NCBI GenBank assembly: GCA_963809895.1
Contig: CAWELD010000003.1
Coordinates: 416,001 to 480,000, forward strand
DNA: 64,000 bases
Reading direction: 5' to 3'
Source: an uncultured Gemmatimonadales bacterium
Lineage (GTDB): Bacteria; Gemmatimonadota; Gemmatimonadetes; Longimicrobiales; Gaopeijiaceae
Below are positions 1 to 7,671 of the stretch, in pieces. Position 1 is the first letter of the stretch. Every line of letters begins with the position of its first letter. Position numbers and translations under genes: made by a program. Below the pieces are notes generated by a model. It worked only from the letters and a program-made list of their open reading frames with translations, made no database searches and had not been told where the DNA came from.

Positions 1-880
1 CGCTGCCCGGCACGTGCTCGAACGCGTCGCGCGCCGGATCGTACCGATGGAGTCCGCCCCCGATGGTTGCGACCCAGAGCGTGCCCCCGTCATCCACGTG
101 CAGCGCCATCACGTCGTCGTAGGCCAGGCTCCCGGGATCGGCGGGGTCGTGGCGGTAGCGCCGGAAGGCGTCACCCCCGGGTGGCAGGCGGTTGAGCCCC
201 GACCAGGTGGCGACCCACAGGTTCCTGTCCTGGTCGAGCACCATGGACCGGATCCGGTTGTTGGACAGACTCGTGGGATCGGCGGGGTCATGTGTGAACT
301 GCCGCACCACGGTCCCCGTCTCGGGGTCCAGGAGCGCGAGACCCGACGCCTGACGGTCGGACCAGTCCAGCGTGCCCACCCACAGGCGCCCGTCGGGATC
401 CTGGAGCATGTGGGAAACGGACCCAACGGGAAGGCTCGCCGGATCGTCGGGATCGTGGCGGAAGACCGCGTCCACGGTGCCGCGCGCGGGATCGATCTGG
501 ACCAGAGCCGCACGTTGACCCACCCACAGCCGCCCCTCGCGGTCGACGAAGAGGGATTCCACCGGCGTCTGCGGAAAGCTCGCGACGCTGCCCGGTCCCG
601 CCCGGAATACCTCCACCCGGTACCCGTCGAAGGATCGGAGCCCGCTCTCCACCCCCATCCAGACCCGTCCCTCCGGCCCCTCCACCATCGCGCGCACCCG
701 GTCGTTCAGGTCGGGGCCGGGCTGCACCCCGGTCCAGCGGGTGGTCTGCGCGCCGAGGGGGGTGGCGATTCCGACGAGGGCGCTGACCAGGCCGACGGCG
801 GGGCCGGTGGCGGGCCCGAGAGAGAGGGCCAGAAGAGTGGGGGCGACGGTCGCGGGTCGCCGCGAGATCCAGCGACACAT
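1..880 (-). CDS. Two-component regulator propeller (beta-propeller sensor) domain protein, N-terminal part; runs off the left edge
   Basis: Not in the ORF track because no stop lies in the window. Manual translation from ATG 880: MCRWISRRPATVAPTLLALSLG...VRAMVEGPEGRVWMG...LFVDREGRLWVG...FRHDPDDPASLP...QDPDGRLWVGT...HDPADPTSLSNNRIRSMVLDQDRNLWVAT. Repeated HDPxDPxSL and DxxGxLWVGT blades after a signal-peptide-like N-terminus. Confidence 0.85.
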   Translation of the reverse strand, partial: MCRWISRRPATVAPTLLALSLGPATGPAVGLVSALVGIATPLGAQTTRWTGVQPGPDLNDRVRAMVEGPEGRVWMGVESGLRSFDGYRVEVFRAGPGSVASFPQTPVESLFVDREGRLWVGQRAALVQIDPARGTVDAVFRHDPDDPASLPVGSVSHMLQDPDGRLWVGTLDWSDRQASGLALLDPETGTVVRQFTHDPADPTSLSNNRIRSMVLDQDRNLWVATWSGLNRLPPGGDAFRRYRHDPADPGSLAYDDVMALHVDDGGTLWVATIGGGLHRYDPARDAFEHVPGS

Positions 881-987
881 GGCGCGCGTATCAGGAGGGT
901 CGTCGTGGACTGCCAACCTGGGGGGGCGAGATGGTACGCGCCAGGAGTTCGGGTGGGACTCCCCCGAACTCGGGGTCGCCATGCGAG

Positions 988-1016
988 TTGACAGATATGC
1001 ATGGACCATGCATGAT
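988..1016 (+). promoter_or_regulatory. Sigma70-like promoter of vapBC with overlapping palindromic operator
   Basis: TTGACA (988-993), 17 bp, CATGAT (1011-1016); perfect inverted repeat ATGCATGG-A-CCATGCAT at 997-1013. Confidence 0.7.
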
Positions 1017-1022
1017 ATGTGT

Positions 1023-1271
1023 ATGGCGACCAAGACCATCTCTCTGAAACTGGCGGCGTACGAGCGCCTCCGTCGCGCACGGCGTGAACCCGGCGAATCC
1101 TTCAGTGATGTGGTGATGCGGGCCGAGTGGCCCGACATGACGGCCAGGGGTGGAGAACTGCTGGCGCTGATCCGCGAGCGCGGGCCTGACTACGCCCCAC
1201 CCGATCTCGACGCGATCGAAGCGGTGAAGGCGTCCGATCAGGCTCCGGCCGACAAGTGGACGGAGCAGTGA
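1023..1271 (+). CDS. vapB: Antitoxin, VapB family (DUF217-like)
   Basis: MATKTISLKLAAYERLRRARREPGESFSDVVMR matches the KTISl..eAYerL...K..gESFSdvi.R pattern; its stop overlaps the start of a PIN toxin gene (GTGA). Confidence 0.85.
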   Translation: MATKTISLKLAAYERLRRARREPGESFSDVVMRAEWPDMTARGGELLALIRERGPDYAPPDLDAIEAVKASDQAPADKWTEQ

Positions 1272-1654
1272 TCCTCGAGACGACCTTCCTGGTGGCACTG
1301 GAGCGCGAGTTGATGGCGGGGTCGGAGGGGCCCGCGCATGCGTTTCTGGCGTCGCACGCAGAGACCCGCTTCCGGCTCACCTTCACCATCGCGGGGGAGG
1401 TGGCGGCGGGCTACGGCACGAGTGCGCGTCCCAGATGGGAGTCGTTCCTCGCGCCGTTCGACCTGCTCCCGGCGACTCCCGAGGTCTGCTGGCGATACGG
1501 GCAGCTGTTCCGCTATCTGAACGCCAACGGTCTGCTGATCGGAGGGAATGATCTTTGGATCGCAGCCACGGCTGTCGCCTTCGCTTCGCCCCTGGTGACG
1601 CGCAACACGAAGCACTTCAACCGGGTCCCGGGGCTCGAAGTCGTGACCTTCTAG
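1268..1654 (+). CDS. vapC: Type II toxin VapC, PIN-domain ribonuclease
   Basis: GTG start; ILETTFLV...GEV...IGGNDLWIAATA...LVTRNTKHFNRVPGL is a typical PIN pattern. Confidence 0.9.
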   Translation: MILETTFLVALERELMAGSEGPAHAFLASHAETRFRLTFTIAGEVAAGYGTSARPRWESFLAPFDLLPATPEVCWRYGQLFRYLNANGLLIGGNDLWIAATAVAFASPLVTRNTKHFNRVPGLEVVTF

Positions 1655-2001
1655 CGGGTCACGCGACCGCGCTTGGCCTCCCGGTCCCGGAGCAGCCGGT
1701 TCGCGAGCCGGACGCTCCAGCCGGCCCACGCCAGCACCGCCACGATGACCACGGCGACCCAGACCAGTGGGCCCACGGGCGCGAACGCCAGCCCGGTCAT
1801 GACCGCGCCGATGGCCAGCAGCCCCTGTGCGCTCCGGGCGTTGGCCTCGTACCAGACCCATTCGTCCTCGAACGTGGCCCGGACCCGGAGTCCGTACCAC
1901 ACGTTGGGCTTCACCCGTCGTCGGATCAGGGGGATGGAGAGGACCATGAACAGCACGCCGGTCCCGGCCAGCAGCAGCGTCACAAGGCGGTCCGCCATCA
2001 T
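1651..2001 (-). CDS. SdpI/YhfL-family membrane protein (immunity-like)
   Basis: IPLIRRRVKPNVWYGLRVRATFEDEWVWYEANARS matches the PN.wyG.R...t......W..aN motif; about 3 TM segments; ATGA overlap with the upstream ATPase gene. Confidence 0.8.
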   Translation of the reverse strand: MMADRLVTLLLAGTGVLFMVLSIPLIRRRVKPNVWYGLRVRATFEDEWVWYEANARSAQGLLAIGAVMTGLAFAPVGPLVWVAVVIVAVLAWAGWSVRLANRLLRDREAKRGRVTR

Positions 2002-2924
2002 GCCTCCGAGCGTGTCTTCGTGGGGTCGACCTGGCCGTGCTTCCCGGCCATCACGCTGAAATAGACGTCTTTGAGGTCGGGCGGAACAGGCTCGAACCCG
2101 GGGCCGGGGCTCGTGGCGGAGAAGACGTGGGCGATGGTGCGGCCGGCGAGCAGGCGCGTGGAGATGACGGTGTGGTCCCGCTGCAACTCGGCCAGCTCCT
2201 CGGCCGTGACGACCCGGCGCCAGATGTGGCCCGCGAGATCCTCGATGGCATGCGACGGCTCCGCCTCCAGCAGGATGCGGCCTTCGTGGATGATGGCCAT
2301 GCGGGTGCACAGCTCGGACACGTCCTCGACGATGTGCGTGGACAGCACCACCACGCTGCGCTGGCCGAGCTCACTCAGGAGGTTGAGGAAGCGGACGCGC
2401 TCGGCGGGGTCGAGGCCCGCGGTGGGCTCGTCCACGATGACCAACCGGGGGTCGCCGAGGAGCGCGATGGCGACGCCGAAGCGCTGCCTCATACCTCCGG
2501 AATACGTACCCAGCTTCTCCTTGCGCACGTCCCAGAGGTTCGTCTGCCGGAGGAGCGACTCGACCACCTCCTTGCGCGCCGCCCGGTCGACGATGCCCTC
2601 GAGCACCGCGAAGTGCGTGAGCAGCGCCTCTGCGCTCACCCGGGGGTAGAGGCCGAAGTCCTGGGGCAGGTAGCCCAGCATTTCCCGGACGCGCTCCTTG
2701 TCCGCCAGGACGTCGATGTCGCCGAGGTGCACCGTGCCCGTGTCCGGGTCCTGCAGTGTGGCGAGGATGCGCATGAGCGTCGACTTGCCGGCCCCGTTGG
2801 GTCCCAGCAGGCCGTACATGCCGGGCGGGATGGTCAGCGACACGTCGTCCAGCGCCCGAACGCCGTTGGAGTAGGTCTTGGAGATCCCGCGGATGTGGAG
2901 CTCCATGCGGGTGTCCTGGTTCAC
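1998..2924 (-). CDS. ABC transporter ATP-binding protein
   Basis: Walker A GPNGAGKS, signature YSGGMRQR, Walker B VIVDEPT, H-loop STH; start GTG 2924 (GTGA overlap) or ATG 2906. Confidence 0.95.
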   Translation of the reverse strand: MNQDTRMELHIRGISKTYSNGVRALDDVSLTIPPGMYGLLGPNGAGKSTLMRILATLQDPDTGTVHLGDIDVLADKERVREMLGYLPQDFGLYPRVSAEALLTHFAVLEGIVDRAARKEVVESLLRQTNLWDVRKEKLGTYSGGMRQRFGVAIALLGDPRLVIVDEPTAGLDPAERVRFLNLLSELGQRSVVVLSTHIVEDVSELCTRMAIIHEGRILLEAEPSHAIEDLAGHIWRRVVTAEELAELQRDHTVISTRLLAGRTIAHVFSATSPGPGFEPVPPDLKDVYFSVMAGKHGQVDPTKTRSEA

Positions 2925-5900
2925 GGCTCTCCCCCTGCGGAGGATCGAGGGATATCCACGACGTTGTCGGCCGGCTGCACGTCGATGAGGAGATGGCGGG
3001 GGTCGATGCCGGCCCGGGCCGGGGGCACGGGGACCGTGACGGTGATGGTCTGCGAACCGCTCCGTACGCGTCGCATGCCCAGGTACAGCGGTTCGCCCGT
3101 GTCGCCGTCCCGGGCGGGGCCGTAGACGCCGACCTCGACGAGGTCGTCCATGGGCCGTTCGCTCTCGGCGCCCGCCGTGTCGACCACGACCTTGCGCGCC
3201 TCCACGTCGAGGGTCACCTGCCACTGACCCCCGGCGGTCGGCTCGGCCGTCGCGCGCTCCGTCTTCAGCTCCCAGAAGGTGTTCCGCTCGAGCAGGTCGC
3301 CCAGGAGCGTCTGCAGGGAATCGGGCGTCACCTCCCGCAGCTCGCCAAGGAGCTCGAGCGAGGTCGCAAACGGGGGCTCGTACGACGCGTGCCGTTGGCG
3401 GAGGTGCCGCCACGCCTGGTCCACCCCCTCCTGGCCCACGTACTCCCGCAACGCGTACATGGCGAACGGGCCCTTGCGGTAGCCCAGGAAGGAGTCGTTG
3501 GCGCGGAGCAGCGGAACGTCGGTGCGGGAGCGAGGGGTCAGATAGGATCGGCGCATGAAGTCCAGCAGACGTTCCAGCTGCGCGGTCCCGTACTGATCTT
3601 CGATCACGCCCATGGCGGCGTACCAGGCGAAGCTCTCGCTGAGGAGGACGCGGCCCTCCATGCGGGCGGGCACCGGCTGGAACTGATGGGCCACCTCGTG
3701 GGCCGTCACCGCGAACACCATGTCCGGATCGTGGGGATTCCGGTCGGCGTCGAAAAGCGGAAACAGCTCCTGATACCAGATGGTGCCCGACGCGGCGTGC
3801 AGCGATCCCCCGGCCGACGGGTACTCCACCATCCGGATCACGTGATACGGAAACGGTCCGAACCGCTGGGTGAACTGCGCCAGCGAGGCCTCCACGGCCT
3901 GCATCATGCGCGGCACGTTCCTGTCGTGGGTGGGATCGTGGTAGACCTCGATGTCCACGTCCTGCCAACGCCCTCCGGCCACCGCGTAGTCGGCGGAGAA
4001 GACGGCGTACCCGTTCCCGATGGGGGCGCTGGTCTCGTACCGGAAGTAGCGTCGGCCGTTCTCGGTCCAGCTCCGGACCAGGTCTCCGGGCGCGACGGCG
4101 ATCTGATCGGCCGCCGTCCCGATGGTGACCGAGAGATCGAGGTGCTCCATCCCGTAGCGGTCGCTCGCCGCCTGAGCATCGTACAGGGAGGGGAAGGGCT
4201 CCCAGGGCGGCAGTCCGTGATCCCTCCGCTCGCCCGGAGTGGAGAGTTGCCTGGCGAGCTGATAGCCGATGAGCGGCATCCAGTCCTGCAGGACGAAGAA
4301 GCTCCCGTTGCCGACGACGGCGGTGCTGGGGGTCCCGGCCGGAAAGCCCCGTGGCGCGTGGCGCACCTGCCACGTCATCTGCAGCGTGTCGCCGGGCTGG
4401 AGCGGCTCGTCCAGTGTGTAGATGCGATGACCCAGCGTGTCGTCGACGAGGGCGGCACGCACCGGACGGTCGAAGTCGATGACCGGTGGGGGTAGCTCGA
4501 GCGACGTCGCCACGTGCAGGGTGTCCAGGGGCCGGTCGGTACGATTCACCAGGTGGTGGGTGCCGCGGATGTCAGCCGCACGCCGGTCGGGATGGATCTG
4601 GATGTCCAGCTCGGTGGCCACCAATTCGGGTCGGGGCGCGCCCCGGTAGGCCCCGTAGTGCCGCTCGTACTCGGCCCGGGCCTCCGCGCGATCCGCGCTC
4701 GTCCGGTAGGTGTTCAGGATGTCGGTGTTGTAGAAGACGAACCCGGCCACGAGCAGGAAGAGGGCCAGCGCCCCCGTCACGGCCCCGGCCGGCGGCCCCC
4801 TGAACCGGCGGCGCGCCAGGCGCACACGCTCCAGCAGCCCGCCCTCGATCCCCCGTACCCAGAAGAGGCGTGCCACGCACGCGATGAGCAGTGCTCCTGC
4901 GGCCCAGTACAGATCGAACCACAGGACCGGCGACAGGTACGGCCCGAACCCACTCATGGCCGAGTGATACCAGCTCGGCAGGGAGCCGAGGATCAGCATG
5001 GGGTGCTCGAGGCCCAGGAGCTGCGGGATCAGGGGAGCTACGAGGAACAGCGCGATGACGTGCCCGAGATACTTCTGGTTCACGAGCACGTGGATGGAGA
5101 GCGCGAACAGGGCGAAGAGGAGCGGGCGCACCAGGACGAGGGGAAGCACGCGGGCGTAGAGCCCCGGCTCGACGTCGTGCCAGCCGAGGCGAGCCTGGGC
5201 GAGCACGGCCCCCAGCGTGAGGAGCCCGTACAGGGCGAGGATCACCAGCCACAGCCCCAGGAGCTTGCCCACGAACCGTGCGCCGTCCGGCACCGGCGCG
5301 GCATCGGTCAGCGCCTGCATGTTCGCGTCGCGTTCGCGCCAGACCAGCTCCCCGGCGAGAAGGATGGGGAGCAGGACCATGGCCAGCACCACCGGAGGGG
5401 GCGTATCGCCCACATCGGGTCCGAGAAGGGTGCGCAGCACGAGGTCCGTGGCGGGCAGGACCGGCATGCCGGCCCCCATGCTTCCCAGCATGGTCAGGGT
5501 GAGCGCGAACTGCGCACCCACGACCAGGGGGACCAGAAGCCAGGCCCAGGGTGGCACCGCCTCCCGCAACGAATCGCGCGTGACGGCGAGCGCCTGCCGC
5601 ACGTGGCCCGCGAAGCCCAGCATCCGGGGGGCCACGGGTACCGCCACGGGCGCGCCGAGGGCGGGCGCCGCCCCCAGAACCGGGAGCGGCGTGCCCCCCG
5701 GCGCCTGGCTCCGGGTCGCTCGACCTGGACGCAGGGGGCCTCGCTGCCACCAGTGCACGGCGCCGGCGTTCCCACCGAAGTCGAAGCGCCGGTGGGCTAC
5801 CACCAGCAGGGCGCACGCCACGGCGAGCCACAGGGCCCGGTTCAAGATCAGTGCGCTGTCTGCGCCGATCAGGCGTTGGCTCAGGTCCAGAGGAGACCAG

Positions 5901-6571
5901 GTCCGCGCCATCATTTCGACCACGTTGATCCCGGTGGGATCCAGGGTCTGTGCCAGGTCCCAACGACCGAGAAGGTCGCCGAAGTAGGACGAGGTGAACT
6001 GCCCCCAGGCGAAGACGAGCGCCGCCCCGGCCCAGCTCCCCAGCGGATGGCGCACCAGCGTCGCCAGGGTGAAGAGCAGCGCCGTCGCCACGAAGGCGTT
6101 GGGGAGCATGATGAGGACGTGGGACTGGAGGTAGGGCGCCAGGCGGAACGGTCCCACCACCCCTGCCGCCAGCTCCGGCTGCGCGAGTGGCACAAGGATG
6201 CGGGCCAGGGGCACCGCGGACACCACGATGACTGCCACGATGACCGCGCCCACGAAGCGGCCGCCCAGATAGGCGGCTCGACCGACGGGCGCCGCGTGCA
6301 TGAGCGGCTCCAGCCGCGTCCGCACGTCTCGTGTCGCCGCGTCTCCAGCCACCGCGGCGATGAGGATGAGGGCGACCAGGCCCATGACGATGCCGCTGGC
6401 CGCGATGGAGAGCGGGGCGTTGAACAGGATGTCGCGGCCGCGGGCCTTGGCGAGGTCGTCGCTCGTCACGCCGACGAGGGGGATGAGATACAACCCGAAG
6501 AGGATCCAGAAGGACCGGCGCCTGAGCTGATGGACCAGCTCGAAGCGGACGATCTCCAGCCACTTCAGCAT
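2921..6571 (-). CDS. ABC-2-type permease fused to M1-family aminopeptidase domain
   Basis: Two hydrophobic permease halves then a soluble domain with HEVAH...LSESFA and GYRKG; start ATG 6571 (or GTG 6586). Confidence 0.85.
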   Translation of the reverse strand: MLKWLEIVRFELVHQLRRRSFWILFGLYLIPLVGVTSDDLAKARGRDILFNAPLSIAASGIVMGLVALILIAAVAGDAATRDVRTRLEPLMHAAPVGRAAYLGGRFVGAVIVAVIVVSAVPLARILVPLAQPELAAGVVGPFRLAPYLQSHVLIMLPNAFVATALLFTLATLVRHPLGSWAGAALVFAWGQFTSSYFGDLLGRWDLAQTLDPTGINVVEMMARTWSPLDLSQRLIGADSALILNRALWLAVACALLVVAHRRFDFGGNAGAVHWWQRGPLRPGRATRSQAPGGTPLPVLGAAPALGAPVAVPVAPRMLGFAGHVRQALAVTRDSLREAVPPWAWLLVPLVVGAQFALTLTMLGSMGAGMPVLPATDLVLRTLLGPDVGDTPPPVVLAMVLLPILLAGELVWRERDANMQALTDAAPVPDGARFVGKLLGLWLVILALYGLLTLGAVLAQARLGWHDVEPGLYARVLPLVLVRPLLFALFALSIHVLVNQKYLGHVIALFLVAPLIPQLLGLEHPMLILGSLPSWYHSAMSGFGPYLSPVLWFDLYWAAGALLIACVARLFWVRGIEGGLLERVRLARRRFRGPPAGAVTGALALFLLVAGFVFYNTDILNTYRTSADRAEARAEYERHYGAYRGAPRPELVATELDIQIHPDRRAADIRGTHHLVNRTDRPLDTLHVATSLELPPPVIDFDRPVRAALVDDTLGHRIYTLDEPLQPGDTLQMTWQVRHAPRGFPAGTPSTAVVGNGSFFVLQDWMPLIGYQLARQLSTPGERRDHGLPPWEPFPSLYDAQAASDRYGMEHLDLSVTIGTAADQIAVAPGDLVRSWTENGRRYFRYETSAPIGNGYAVFSADYAVAGGRWQDVDIEVYHDPTHDRNVPRMMQAVEASLAQFTQRFGPFPYHVIRMVEYPSAGGSLHAASGTIWYQELFPLFDADRNPHDPDMVFAVTAHEVAHQFQPVPARMEGRVLLSESFAWYAAMGVIEDQYGTAQLERLLDFMRRSYLTPRSRTDVPLLRANDSFLGYRKGPFAMYALREYVGQEGVDQAWRHLRQRHASYEPPFATSLELLGELREVTPDSLQTLLGDLLERNTFWELKTERATAEPTAGGQWQVTLDVEARKVVVDTAGAESERPMDDLVEVGVYGPARDGDTGEPLYLGMRRVRSGSQTITVTVPVPPARAGIDPRHLLIDVQPADNVVDIPRSSAGGEP

Positions 6572-6648
6572 TGCGACATCGTCCACCCCCGGTTTCGATG
6601 GTCTCGTGCCGGTCGCTCGGCGCCTGATCGATCAAGTATGCATGGTGA

Positions 6649-6674
6649 AGTTTGCACTGTAAAGTACTTTGCAC
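6649..6674. promoter_or_regulatory. AT-rich operator-like repeat (ACTTTGCA half-sites)
   Basis: AGTTTGCA-C-TGTAAAGT (6649-6665) followed by ACTTTGCAC (6666-6674); contains perfect palindrome AAAGTACTTT (6661-6670); lies between divergent genes. Confidence 0.55.
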
Positions 6675-6770
6675 AATATGATTACTCCACGCTCAGGTGA
6701 AAGCCGTTCAACGAGGCGGCGTAGACGCCAGGGTCTGAGCCGTCTTCGCTCCTCCCGCCGGAACCCCCCG

Positions 6771-7637
6771 ATGCGCGCCCACCTCGTCCTCACCGTCGGA
6801 TTCTCGCTCTCACTGCCGCTCCTCGCCGGGGCGCAGCAGCAGCCGACGCGGGCTGTCGCCGATCGCTACCTGACGCTCACGATGAACCAGGAGTACGACG
6901 CCCTCCTGGACGCGTACAGAGACGATGCCCGGTTCTTCGATCCGACGGCCGAGGTCTTCGAGGGGCCGATTGCCGAAGGGCCGATCGAGGGTGCGCGGAA
7001 GATCGTCGAGCTCCAGCAGAGCTGGGGGCTGGCGGCCTCCGAATTCGATGTGGCGGCTGCCTTCTCCGTCGGAAGATACGCCCTGTATCGCGGCACTCTC
7101 CGTGTGCGCCATGACGTCGCCGACGCGTGGATCGCGATGCCCTTCGTCACGGTCCTGCGGATCGACGCGGGTCAGGTCGCCGAGCGTACGGACTTCGGCG
7201 GATATGTCGAGCCCTTCGGGATGGAAGATCGGTTCGGGTCCGTGACGGAAGAGACGAGACGGATCTCCGCAGAATACCTGAAGGCGTACCTGGGAGCCGA
7301 CCTCGAGGCGCAGCGTCGTCTGCTCGCGCCCGATGCGGTCTTCCAGGATCCGACGGCGCAGGTGTACGGGCCCGGCTCGGGCCAGCGTCTCGTGGGCGCC
7401 GGTGACATCATGGAGCGGAGGACCCAGACGTTCCAGAACGTCGCCGCGTTCGATCTCGCCGTCTCGGACTCGTTCGTCTCCGGCCATCACGCGGTCTACA
7501 TGGGCCGCACGACGTACACCCTTCGAAACGGGACCCGCTTCGATCAGCCCGCGGTGATGGTCATCGAGGTGCGCGGCGGCCAAGTCACCCGCCACTGGGA
7601 CTTCGTCGATTACTCGGTCGCTCCGGTCGGCGCCTGA
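6771..7637 (+). CDS. Secreted tandem SnoaL/NTF2-like domain protein
   Basis: Signal peptide ending LLAGA-Q; two similar halves (YRDDARFFDPTAEVF / LAPDAVFQDPTAQVY; QVAERTDFGGY / QVTRHWDFVDY). Confidence 0.75.
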   Translation: MRAHLVLTVGFSLSLPLLAGAQQQPTRAVADRYLTLTMNQEYDALLDAYRDDARFFDPTAEVFEGPIAEGPIEGARKIVELQQSWGLAASEFDVAAAFSVGRYALYRGTLRVRHDVADAWIAMPFVTVLRIDAGQVAERTDFGGYVEPFGMEDRFGSVTEETRRISAEYLKAYLGADLEAQRRLLAPDAVFQDPTAQVYGPGSGQRLVGAGDIMERRTQTFQNVAAFDLAVSDSFVSGHHAVYMGRTTYTLRNGTRFDQPAVMVIEVRGGQVTRHWDFVDYSVAPVGA

Positions 7638-7671
7638 TGGGTGAAGCGAAGATCACGTCCGCGCGGTCGTC

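Noticed and set aside
130..470. Recurring GGGATCGGCGGGGTCGTG-like DNA repeats
   Set aside because: Explained by the HDPxDP protein repeats of the propeller domain.
14..991. 325-aa plus-strand ORF at the window start
   Set aside because: Antisense shadow of the propeller sensor gene on the minus strand.
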